DNA of 64,000 nucleotides. It comes from Candidatus Limnocylindrales bacterium (GTDB taxonomy: Bacteria; Chloroflexota; Limnocylindria; Limnocylindrales; CSP1-4). Below the pieces are notes generated by a model. That model did no database searches, had not been told where the DNA came from, and worked only from the letters and a program-made list of their open reading frames with translations. Made by a program: the position numbers and the translations under genes. Of this stretch, positions 28,394 through 36,509 are shown one piece after another. Position 1 is the stretch's first letter; each line of letters opens with the position of its first letter. Location of the stretch: NCBI GenBank assembly GCA_038230295.1, contig JBBRNM010000003.1, forward strand, positions 3,168 through 67,167. The letters run 5' to 3'.

Positions 28394-29364
28394 CGGGCGC
28401 GTTCGTCCGGTTCGGGCGGCGGCGCGAGGAGGCGGCGGGCGGCGTCGAGGCGCTCCGCGAGGGCCGGCGCATCGGGGCCGGACGTTTCCAATGCCTCGAT
28501 CCAGCGGTCGATCGCGGCGCGAAACGCCCGGAGCTCCGTCGCGACGTTCGTGGCGTTCGTGGCGAGGATCCCCGCGCCCATCTCGGGCTCCCCGCGGGCG
28601 AGCCGGGTCATGTCCGCCCAGCCACCCGCCGCGAGCGACCGAGCGGTTGTCCACGATTTGCCGCCGGTTGCGTCGCCGCCGGACGCCTCCGCAACGCCCG
28701 CGACGGCCTCGACCAGCGCCGCTGCGGCAACCAGCGGCAGGTGGCTGATCGCGGCGACCGCAACGTCGTGCTCGCCGGCCGACAGGCGGACGGGCGTCGC
28801 GCCGGTCGCCCTCGCGAGCACCTCCACGAGCGTGACGTCGCCTGCGGCTGAGTGGGCCGTCGGAATGACGACCCAGGGTCGGCCGACGAACAGATCGGGG
28901 TCGGCCGCCTCGACGCCGGATCTGTCGCGCCCGGCCATCGGATGACCGCCCACGAAGCGGAGGCCGAGCGATGCTGCCCGCTCCACGATCGCGGCCTTCG
29001 TGCTCGCGACGTCCGTGACCGTCGCGTCGGGGTCGAGTGCGGCCCCGAGTTGGTCCCCGAGCGCGTCAAGAAGATCGAGGACCGCGAGCGGCGGACCGGC
29101 GAGGATGACGAGGCCCGCTCCCTGGACCGCCGCTTCCGCGGTCGGCTCCGCCTCGTCGATCAGTCCGCGCCGCAGCGCCTCCGCGGGACCGCGGCCGGAC
29201 GGCGTCCACGCGACGAGGCGGCTCTCCGCCCCCGCGGCTCGGAGGGCGCCAACGATCGATCCGCCGATCAGCCCGAGGCCGAGCAAGGCAATCCGATCCG
29301 GAAGAAGGTTCGCGGCCGCGCGACGGGCGTCCGCGATGTCAGCCGGCGTGCGGTCCGCTGTCAT
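28390..29364 (-). CDS. tyrA: Prephenate dehydrogenase
   Basis: ATG 29364 (MTADRTP...). NAD-binding IALLGLGLIGGS and a GGHPMAG catalytic region are present. The upstream part of the 514-aa track ORF is non-coding read-through. Confidence 0.85.
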
Positions 29365-29605
29365 TGCGCCGCCGTCCGCGCTGCTGACGACGCTCGGCAA
29401 CCCGGCGCTCCGCGGCATCGGGCGGCCCCGCGTCGGTCGGCGGGCTCTCGCGACGGTGGGCGTGCCGGCGGTTGTCGGCCCCGCGGCGGTCCGGGTCGAG
29501 CCCGGCGCCGCAGCGCGGGCAGCGCCGCTCTTCCGCGAACAGGGACTCGAGCGGCGCGGTCGTATAGACCTGGCGGCCACACGTCCGACACACGATGGTG
29601 GGCAT
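29339..29605 (-). CDS. Small zinc-ribbon protein with an Arg-rich tail (hypothetical)
   Basis: 88 aa. CRTCG...(19 aa)...CPRCG forms a C4 ribbon, followed by a DRR/ERR-rich tail. It overlaps the tyrA start by 26 nt. Confidence 0.45.
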   Translation of the reverse strand: MPTIVCRTCGRQVYTTAPLESLFAEERRCPRCGAGLDPDRRGADNRRHAHRRESPPTDAGPPDAAERRVAERRQQRGRRRNDSGPHAG

Positions 29606-29642
29606 CGGTTCGATCGTAGCAGGGAGGTCACGATGGACCTCC

Positions 29643-30242
29643 TCAGCCCCCGAGGGTTGCCTCGGCCACAGATTCGTATCGCGCCGGCCCGCGACCGAGG
29701 AGGCTCCGGAAGAGGACCACGCGCTCGGCCATGAACGGGGCCTCGAGCGTTTCGGCGGCCGAGATCAACGCCCGGGCGGCTTCCGGCGCGGAGCGGAGCC
29801 CGTCGGTCCGGGCGATGGTCAGGTGCGGCGCGAACGGCCGGGTCTCGAGCTGGGTGCCATCGGCCGCCGCCACCGTGCCGAGCTCTGCGGCGAGCTCGGC
29901 CAGCCGATCCGCGCCGGTCTCGATTCGCAACCACAGCGTCCGCGGGTGGAGTGGTCCCGGAAACGCGCCCGCCCCGGAGATCGTCACGGGAAACGGCGCC
30001 ACCACCGCCGCCACGGTGGCGAGCGCGGTCGCCAGCTCGGGGACGCGACCGAGGGCCGTCGGTCCCAGGAACCGCAGCGTCAGGTGGAGACCTTCGACAC
30101 GGACCCAGCGGATCTTCGCGGAGCCGTCTCCGACGGACAACTGGACCGTCGCCATGAGCGAGGAAACCTGCTCGCGGGCGGGATCGGGGATGGGAACCGC
30201 GAAGAAGAGCCGCGGCCTTTCTGGGTCGTCCTCGACAGGCAC
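29643..30242 (-). CDS. thpR: RNA 2',3'-cyclic phosphodiesterase (2H phosphoesterase, LigT/ThpR)
   Basis: Two HxT/S motifs are present (HLTLRF and HLTIAR). The preferred start is GTG 30242. An alternative ATG 30329 would overlap ppa by 56 nt. Confidence 0.8.
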   Translation of the reverse strand: MPVEDDPERPRLFFAVPIPDPAREQVSSLMATVQLSVGDGSAKIRWVRVEGLHLTLRFLGPTALGRVPELATALATVAAVVAPFPVTISGAGAFPGPLHPRTLWLRIETGADRLAELAAELGTVAAADGTQLETRPFAPHLTIARTDGLRSAPEAARALISAAETLEAPFMAERVVLFRSLLGRGPARYESVAEATLGG

Positions 30243-30273
30243 GAACCGGTTGCGACGCCGGTGCTGTGTGGCC

Positions 30274-30846
30274 TCAGCCACCGCCCGCTCGAGCCGCGGG
30301 TCCGGCGTCGCCGGCGGCGCCGGCGACATCTCCCGCGGCGCGCCCCTCGCGCTCCCAGAGCCCACGATCGTGGATGAGAATCTCGCGAGCCCGCCCGCCG
30401 TCACGCCAGCCGACGACGTCGACCTGCTTGTCCTCCAGCAGCTTGTACGTGTTGAAGAAATGCTCGATCTCGACGAGGCGGTGGGGCCGCATCTGCTCGA
30501 TCTTCGTGACGTGCTCCTGGTGCGGATCGGCCTCGGCCACGCACAGGATCTTGAAGTCCTCGCCCTTGTCATCGCGCATCTCGAGGACGCCCACAGGGCG
30601 GGCCCAGACGTGGCACCCGGTGAAGGTCGGCTCGTCGATGATCAGGACCGCGTCGGTGTGGTCGCCGTCGTCTGCCCGGGTCCCTTCGATGAACCCATAG
30701 TCGAAGTTGTAGAAGACCGCCGACGACAGGACCCGATCGAGCCGGAACACGCCCGCGGCCTCGTCGAACTCGTACTTGTTGCGGCTCCCGCGCGGGATCT
30801 CGACGACGACCTCGATGCGCTCTGGAAACGCCGTCGCGCCGGTCAT
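30274..30846 (-). CDS. ppa: Inorganic pyrophosphatase (family I)
   Basis: ATG 30846. VVEIPRGSRNKYEFD...DYGFI..T...DGDHTDAVL. It has a Gly/Ala-rich C-terminal extension. Confidence 0.9.
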   Translation of the reverse strand: MTGATAFPERIEVVVEIPRGSRNKYEFDEAAGVFRLDRVLSSAVFYNFDYGFIEGTRADDGDHTDAVLIIDEPTFTGCHVWARPVGVLEMRDDKGEDFKILCVAEADPHQEHVTKIEQMRPHRLVEIEHFFNTYKLLEDKQVDVVGWRDGGRAREILIHDRGLWEREGRAAGDVAGAAGDAGPAARAGGG

Positions 30847-32129
30847 TCGGTGTAGAGCCGCTCCTCGATGAGCTTTTCCTGGACCTGCCGGCCCGTCGGG
30901 TCGAAACAGGAGTACTCGAAATGCTTCTCGTACTCGAGCTCGATGTTGTCCTGGCCGCTGCGGTTCTTCTCGACCGAGACGATGATCCAGTCCCGGAAGC
31001 GCTGGGCCTGGTACGGGTTGAACTCGATGTTGACCTTGGCGACGATCTGGTACTTCTCGTTGAGGATGAGGATGACGTCGGCCTCGTAGTTGATCGCCGA
31101 GGAGCCGCGCAGGTGGTAGTTGCGCAGGCGGGTGGCCTTGAGGCCCTCCTTGTCCGCGGCGACGATCGCGATGATGGGCACGTGCTCCGTGAGGGCGATG
31201 TCTTTCAGGCCGTTCACGACATACGTGACCTTCTCGGCCTCGTTGGATGGCTCCGGGAGGACCGGCACCTTCTGGAGGTAGTCGACGAAGACGACCAGCC
31301 GGCGGTCGCCCGACCGCTCGCGGTGCTGCTGGATCAGCTCGCGCAGGTTGTCGACCGTGCTCGTCGTCGCCGAGCCACGCATCAGGAAGAGGTTGTGGCC
31401 GTAGCGCGCCAGCCGCTCGAGCGAGGGTCGAAGCTTCGGGTTCGCGGCGATGTCGGGCAGGCCCTCGCCCGCCTTGGCCCACGTCCCCAGGACCTCGCTC
31501 CGGACGTCCTGGATCTTCACGGCGCCGGCCTTGTGGGGCAGGCGCGGCAGGAGCGACTCCATCGCGATGATCCGGTTGAGGAGGTCCGCCTCGTCGTGCT
31601 CGAAGCAGACGTAGAGGACGTACGCCTGGCCGGAGGCGGCGATATTGCGCGCCATCTGGAGGGCCATCGTCGTCTTTCCGGTGCCCTGGGCGCCGCCCAT
31701 GAGGAGCATCTCGCCGGGCCGGAGACCGCCACCGATCGTGCGATCGATCGGCGGCATCCCGAGCGGCACGGGCTCGTAGTCGGCGATCTGGCCGGTCATG
31801 ACCTTGTCGTTGACGTCGATCAGGATGTCGAGCGAGGAGCGCGGCGCGAGCGATCCGCTCTCCGTGTCGATGCGCCACGGCGCCGGAGGCGCCTCGGGCT
31901 CGACGAGCTCTGCCGTGCGGCCCGCACGCCCCGTTCGAGCCGCGACCGGGGCCGGGGCTCGTCGCGCTCGCACCGCCTCGGCGGCTGTGCCATCGTCCGC
32001 CGGCAATCCGTTGTCGTCCGCCGGCACAGAGCCGTCGGCCGCTGTGCCCTCGGGAGCCGTTTCTTGAGCCATCCCGTCCTCCGAACCCGGCGCTTCCGCC
32101 GCGATGTCCGCGTCGCCCTTGGCCTTCAT
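30843..32129 (-). CDS. DnaB-C-terminal-domain-like RecA-superfamily ATPase with an acidic disordered N-terminus (no DnaB N-domain)
   Basis: The ATG 32129 overlaps the M20 stop (ATGA), and its own stop overlaps the ppa start. Walker A is GGAQGTGKTT and Walker B is LVVFVDYLQ. The conserved lower-GC C-terminus reads NEKYQIVAKVNIEFNPYQAQRFRDWIIVSVEKNRSGQ. Confidence 0.8.
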   Translation of the reverse strand: MKAKGDADIAAEAPGSEDGMAQETAPEGTAADGSVPADDNGLPADDGTAAEAVRARRAPAPVAARTGRAGRTAELVEPEAPPAPWRIDTESGSLAPRSSLDILIDVNDKVMTGQIADYEPVPLGMPPIDRTIGGGLRPGEMLLMGGAQGTGKTTMALQMARNIAASGQAYVLYVCFEHDEADLLNRIIAMESLLPRLPHKAGAVKIQDVRSEVLGTWAKAGEGLPDIAANPKLRPSLERLARYGHNLFLMRGSATTSTVDNLRELIQQHRERSGDRRLVVFVDYLQKVPVLPEPSNEAEKVTYVVNGLKDIALTEHVPIIAIVAADKEGLKATRLRNYHLRGSSAINYEADVILILNEKYQIVAKVNIEFNPYQAQRFRDWIIVSVEKNRSGQDNIELEYEKHFEYSCFDPTGRQVQEKLIEERLYTE

Positions 32130-33523
32130 GTCGCTGTCCCCCGCATTGGCGTCATCGTGGCGAGATCGTCCCACAGGCGGCAAATCGTTCGAATCCCCCG
32201 TTCGTAGTTGTCGAGGACCATCGATTCGTTTGGCGCGTGGGCGTGAGAGTCCGGATTGGCGAAGCCCAGCATGACGGGTGGCAGTCCGAGAATCGAGTCG
32301 AACATCGCGGCCACCGGGATGGAGCCGCCCCCGCGGATCAGGTACGGCTTCGCGCCGAACGTCGCCTCGAGCGCCCGCAACGCCGCGACCGCGACCGGGT
32401 GGTCGGCGCTGACGACAGTGGGCCGACCGCCACCGAGGTTCGTGACCTCGATGTGGACGCCCGGTGGCGCCACCTCGAGCACGTAGGCCCGGAGGAGCTC
32501 GAAGATTCGGTCCGGGTCCTGGTTCGGGACGAGCCGGCAGCTGACCTTCGCATGGGCCCTGCCCGGGATGATCGTCTTGGAGCCGTGGCCCTGGAAGCCG
32601 CCCCAGATCCCATTGACGTCGAGCGTCGGGCGATAGCCGAGCCGCTCCAGCACGCTGTGGCCGCGCTCACCGACCAGGGCCGGCGCTCCCGTGATCTCGA
32701 GGAGATTCGCCTCATCGAGGGGAATCCGGGCGATCTCCGCCCGCAACTCCGGGCTCAACGGCGCGACGTCGTCGTAGAAGCCGGGCACCTGGACGATCCC
32801 GTCCCGGTCCTTGAGCGCCGCGATGATCCGGGCGAGCGCGTTCGCCGGGTTCTCCACGACGCCGCCGTAGCCGCCGGAGTGGACGTCGCTCGAGGGTCCG
32901 GAGACGTCGATCTGGATGTAGGCGAGGCCCCGCAGCCCGACGGTGAGCGCCGGCCGGTTGCCCTCGAGGAAGCCGGTGTCGCTGATGATCACGGCATCCG
33001 CCTCCAGGCGCTGCCGATTGGCCTCGAGCCAGCCAGCAAGGCCCACGGAGCTCGACTCCTCCTCGCCCTCGAACACGATTCGGAGGTTCACGGGCAGGCG
33101 GCTCCGTGTGGCCAGAAGCGCTTCCGCGGCGCGGAGGTGCATGTGGATCTGGCCCTTGTCGTCGGCCGAGCCTCGACCGACCACTCGGCCGTCGCGGACA
33201 AACGGCTCGAACGGCGCGGTCTCCCACTCGTCGAGCGGGTCGACCGGCTGCACGTCGTAGTGGCAATAGACGAGGATGGTCGGAGCGCCGTCGGCGTGGA
33301 GCCAGTCGGCATAGACGATCGGGTGGCCCTCCGACTCCGAAGCCTCGGCATGTTCGAACCCGATCCGCTTCAGCTCGGCGACGATCCAGTCCGCGGCGCG
33401 GCGAATGTCGCCGGCGTGCTCCGGCAGGGCCGATATCGACGGGATCCGGAGCAGGTCGAGGTACGAGGCGTGGCGGGCTTCGAGCGTCGAGTCGAGGTGC
33501 GCCTCGACGGCTGCGTCGGTCAG
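32126..33523 (-). CDS. M20-family metallopeptidase (dipeptidase, ArgE/DapE/ACY1 family)
   Basis: HYDVQP, GRGSADDKGQ and EGEEE metal-site motifs are present. The start is uncertain: the only canonical start (ATG 33655) overlaps ftsH by 128 nt, and the homology-expected N-terminus (LTDAAVEAHL) begins at CTG 33523. Confidence 0.85.
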   Translation of the reverse strand: MTDAAVEAHLDSTLEARHASYLDLLRIPSISALPEHAGDIRRAADWIVAELKRIGFEHAEASESEGHPIVYADWLHADGAPTILVYCHYDVQPVDPLDEWETAPFEPFVRDGRVVGRGSADDKGQIHMHLRAAEALLATRSRLPVNLRIVFEGEEESSSVGLAGWLEANRQRLEADAVIISDTGFLEGNRPALTVGLRGLAYIQIDVSGPSSDVHSGGYGGVVENPANALARIIAALKDRDGIVQVPGFYDDVAPLSPELRAEIARIPLDEANLLEITGAPALVGERGHSVLERLGYRPTLDVNGIWGGFQGHGSKTIIPGRAHAKVSCRLVPNQDPDRIFELLRAYVLEVAPPGVHIEVTNLGGGRPTVVSADHPVAVAALRALEATFGAKPYLIRGGGSIPVAAMFDSILGLPPVMLGFANPDSHAHAPNESMVLDNYERGIRTICRLWDDLATMTPMRGTAT

Positions 33524-33527
33524 GGGA

Positions 33528-35501
33528 TCAGGCCGGGTTCGGGGCCGGCGATGACTTCGGCTTCGGCTCGGCCTTCGGCTTCGGCTCGGCCTTCGGCTGG
33601 AGGTCCGCGGTCGCGTTCGGGGCCGGCGGCTCGTGCCGTCGCGGCGGAAGACCATGGAGGTCCTCCTTCGGCGGCAGGTCGCTGAAGAGCGTCTCGAACG
33701 CAGTGCCGTCGACGGTTTCCTCGGCGATCAGCTTCTGGGCGAGGGCCTCGAGCCGGTCGCGGTGCGTCTCAAGGACCTGGCTCGCGCGCTCGTACGCCCG
33801 GTCGATGATCGCCCGGACCTCCTCGTCGATCCCCTTTGCGGTCTCGTCGGAGTAGTTGCGTTGCTCGCCGATCTCGCGACCGAGGAACACGAGCTCGTCG
33901 CGCTTGCCGAAGGACAGCGGCCCGAGACGATCGCTCATCCCGAACTCCGTGACCATCCGGCGTGCGAGATCGGTCGCCTTCTCGATGTCGTTGCTCGAAC
34001 CCGTCGTCGTATCGCCAAAGACGAGGCGCTCGGAGACGTTGCCGGCAAGCAGGCCGGCGATCTTGTCCTCGAACTCGGACTTCGACTGGAGGTAGCGGTC
34101 CTCGGTCGGCAGGGCCATCGTGTAGCCGAGAGCCATGCCGCGGCTGATGATCGTGACCTTCGTGACCGGATCGCACTTCGGCAGGATCCGCTGGACGACG
34201 GCGTGGCCACCCTCGTGGTAGGCGATGATCAGCTTCTCGGCTTCCGAGATGACGCGCGACTTGCGCTCAGGGCCGGCGACGATCCGCTCGAGGGCCTCCT
34301 CGAAGTCGTTCATCGTGATGCTCTTGCGGTTGCGGCGCGCGGCGAGGATCGCGGCTTCGTTCATGAGGTTGGCGAGGTCCGCACCGGAGAAGCCGGGCGA
34401 CTGACGGGCCAGGTCCTCGATCGCAACGCCCTTGTCGAGGGGCTTGCCCTTGGAGTGGACCTTCAGGATAGCCGTGCGGCCCTTCATATCGGGCCGGTCG
34501 AGGATGACCTGGCGGTCGAACCGGCCCGGCCGGAGGAGGGCCGGGTCGAGGACATCGGGCCGGTTGGTGGCGGCAACCACGATCACGTTCGTATTCGTGT
34601 CGAAGCCGTCCATCTCGACGAGGATCTGGTTGAGGGTCTGCTCGCGCTCGTCGTGGCTACCGCCGAGGCCGGCGCCGCGCTGGCGCCCGACGGCGTCGAT
34701 CTCGTCCACGAAGACGATGCACGGCGAGTTGCGCTTGGCCTGGTCGAAGAGGTCGCGGACGCGGCTCGCGCCCACGCCGACGAACATCTCCACGAACTCC
34801 GAGCCCGAGATGCTGAAGAACGGAACGCCGGCCTCACCGGCCACCGCTCGGGCCATCAGGGTCTTGCCGGTGCCGGGAGGGCCCACGAGGAGCACGCCGC
34901 GCGGGATGCGCGCGCCGAGGGTGTTGAACTTTTCTGGGTATTTCAGGAACTCGACGACTTCCTGGAGCTCGGTCTTCGCCTCGTCCACGCCGGCCACGTC
35001 GTTGAACGTCACGACCTGCTTGTTGCCGAGGAACATGCGGGCCCGGCTCTTGCCGAACGACATCGCCTGGTTATTCGTTCCCTGGGCCTGCCGCATCATG
35101 AAGAAGATGAAGCCGCCAATGATGATCAGCGGAAGCAGGCCGGTCAGGATGAGCCCGAGCCACGAATTGTCCGGGGCGGTCTCGAGCTTGTAGTTGTTCT
35201 GGTCGAAGGGGTGGCCGCCTGATGCTGCGGCGGCCTGGATCTTTTCGAGGACATCGACATTGAGGCCCGGAAAGACCGGCGCGATCACGGTGTAGGTCGT
35301 GCCATCGGCTCCCTTGACGGTGAGCTTCTGGTCCTGCTGGTCGACCTCTTTGACCTGACCCGCCGAAATGTTGGTGAGGAACTGGCCCCAGCCAACCTCC
35401 TTGTTGGGAGTCGAGCCGGCGAGCCACGTGTACAGCAGGGCCGAGATGCCCATCACGAGGACGAGCATCAGCAGGCCATTGCGCATGAACTTCGGATTCA
35501 A
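33528..35501 (-). CDS. ftsH: ATP-dependent zinc metalloprotease FtsH
   Basis: Two TM segments, an AAA module ([17 protein letters not shown]), the zinc site HEGGHA, and an AEPKPK-repeat tail. Confidence 0.95.
   Translation of the reverse strand: MNPKFMRNGLLMLVLVMGISALLYTWLAGSTPNKEVGWGQFLTNISAGQVKEVDQQDQKLTVKGADGTTYTVIAPVFPGLNVDVLEKIQAAAASGGHPFDQNNYKLETAPDNSWLGLILTGLLPLIIIGGFIFFMMRQAQGTNNQAMSFGKSRARMFLGNKQVVTFNDVAGVDEAKTELQEVVEFLKYPEKFNTLGARIPRGVLLVGPPGTGKTLMARAVAGEAGVPFFSISGSEFVEMFVGVGASRVRDLFDQAKRNSPCIVFVDEIDAVGRQRGAGLGGSHDEREQTLNQILVEMDGFDTNTNVIVVAATNRPDVLDPALLRPGRFDRQVILDRPDMKGRTAILKVHSKGKPLDKGVAIEDLARQSPGFSGADLANLMNEAAILAARRNRKSITMNDFEEALERIVAGPERKSRVISEAEKLIIAYHEGGHAVVQRILPKCDPVTKVTIISRGMALGYTMALPTEDRYLQSKSEFEDKIAGLLAGNVSERLVFGDTTTGSSNDIEKATDLARRMVTEFGMSDRLGPLSFGKRDELVFLGREIGEQRNYSDETAKGIDEEVRAIIDRAYERASQVLETHRDRLEALAQKLIAEETVDGTAFETLFSDLPPKEDLHGLPPRRHEPPAPNATADLQPKAEPKPKAEPKPKSSPAPNPA
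33555..33596. repeat. 18-nt tandem duplication (2 exact copies plus a partial) encoding the AEPKPK repeats in the FtsH tail
   Basis: cttcggctcggccttcgg at 33561-33578 is repeated exactly at 33579-33596. Confidence 0.85.
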
Positions 35502-35622
35502 GGAGCGCCTCCGGATCGGGACGGGCGAACGCTGAAGCCGTCCCGTGTAGCGAGTATAGCGATGGGGTTCCTGGAGTCCTCTGAGACGGTCGGCGCGCTG
35601 CCGGCGGTATTCGTCAGGGATA

Positions 35623-35641
35623 CGCGGGAGGCCCTCCCGCG
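35623..35641 (-). terminator. GC hairpin 17 nt downstream of the tRNA 3' end
   Basis: cgcgggag gcc ctcccgcg forms an 8-bp stem. There is no U-tract, and it could be a terminator or a processing signal. Confidence 0.35.
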
Positions 35642-35658
35642 GATGGTGCCAGAGGGAT

Positions 35659-35733
35659 TGGTAGCTGGGACAGGATTCGAACCTGTGACCTAGCGATTAT
35701 GAGCCGCTTGCTCTACCACTGAGCTACCCAGCC
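35659..35733 (-). tRNA. tRNA-Met (anticodon CAT), elongator type; tRNA-Ile2 (lysidine) not excluded
   Basis: The minus strand reads GGCTGGGTAGCTCAGTGGTAGAGCAAGCGGCTCATAATCGCTAGGTCACAGGTTCGAATCCTGTCCCAGCTACCA. It folds as a cloverleaf with an encoded CCA. There is no triple G-C in the anticodon stem, so it is not an initiator. Pair 1-72 is G-U. Confidence 0.9.
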
Positions 35734-35764
35734 ACGGGCGAGGAATGGTACCGGGTCGGGCTCG

Positions 35765-36367
35765 TCAGCCGCCGAAGATCGTCGAGAGCCAGACCTCGAG
35801 CGGCGACCGCCGGTCGTGGACGGCACCGAGCCGGACCGCGGCCGATCCCGGTGCGTCGGCCGCGAGGGGCGGCGCGTCCGCGGCCAGCGTGAAGGGAATC
35901 TCGCCCGGTCCTCCGAGGCCGAACGCCCGACCCTGGAGCCGGATGAACCGCTGGTCCTGGACACTGGCCAGGTCTTGCTGCAGCGTCGAGACGTCCTGCC
36001 GCAGGGCGGCGTTGGCAGCGCGGAGATCATCGGCCCGGTTCGAGGCCGCAGTCGCGTCGCCGACCTGGCGTCCGAACGCGAGGACAAACCAGGCGGCCAC
36101 GATCACCGCGGCCGCGGTCGCGAGCCGCCGGCGGGACAGGCCGGGCAATGGCAGTGAGGCGGGGTCGAGCGGCGGGCGGCGGTCCTTCGCCGGTTTGGCG
36201 GTCGCTTCCGCTGTGACGGCGGGTTTCGGCTTGGCTTCTGCGGGTGTGCGCTGCGGTCGCGCCTTCGCGCCGGGGCTCGCGCTGGCTTTCGCCGACCCGG
36301 ACGGCACGCGCAGGAATGCCGGGATCGCGCTGACGTCACGCGGGTCCTTCGGGCTGGGGGCCGCCAT
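35765..36367 (-). CDS. Septum-formation-initiator-like (FtsB/DivIC-type) membrane protein
   Basis: ATG 36367. A basic Pro/Ala/Lys-rich N-terminus is followed by a single TM segment (LATAAAVIVAAWFVLAF) and then a coiled coil (RADDLRAANAALRQDVSTLQQDLASVQD). Confidence 0.55.
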   Translation of the reverse strand: MAAPSPKDPRDVSAIPAFLRVPSGSAKASASPGAKARPQRTPAEAKPKPAVTAEATAKPAKDRRPPLDPASLPLPGLSRRRLATAAAVIVAAWFVLAFGRQVGDATAASNRADDLRAANAALRQDVSTLQQDLASVQDQRFIRLQGRAFGLGGPGEIPFTLAADAPPLAADAPGSAAVRLGAVHDRRSPLEVWLSTIFGG

Positions 36368-36373
36368 CGGGTG

Positions 36374-36403
36374 AGGGTAGCTACGGGTCAGAGGCCGTGT
36401 CAA
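36374..36403 (-). promoter_or_regulatory. Candidate leaderless promoter of the FtsB-like gene
   Basis: The minus strand reads TTGACA(36403-36398)-N18-TACCCT(36379-36374)-N6-ATG(36367). Confidence 0.5.
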
Positions 36404-36509
36404 CCGCGTCGTCGTGCGGCGAGCTGTGACAGCCGAGTTGACACATCGCCCGGCGACGCTGAGGCTACACTCCGTCAAACCGAACGGGCGTTCTCTATCG
36501 AGGCATACG

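Noticed and set aside
35502-36509. tRNA-Met locus as a genomic-island integration site
   Set aside because: The neighbours are ftsH and a division-protein-like gene. No integrase, partial tRNA duplication or GC anomaly was seen.
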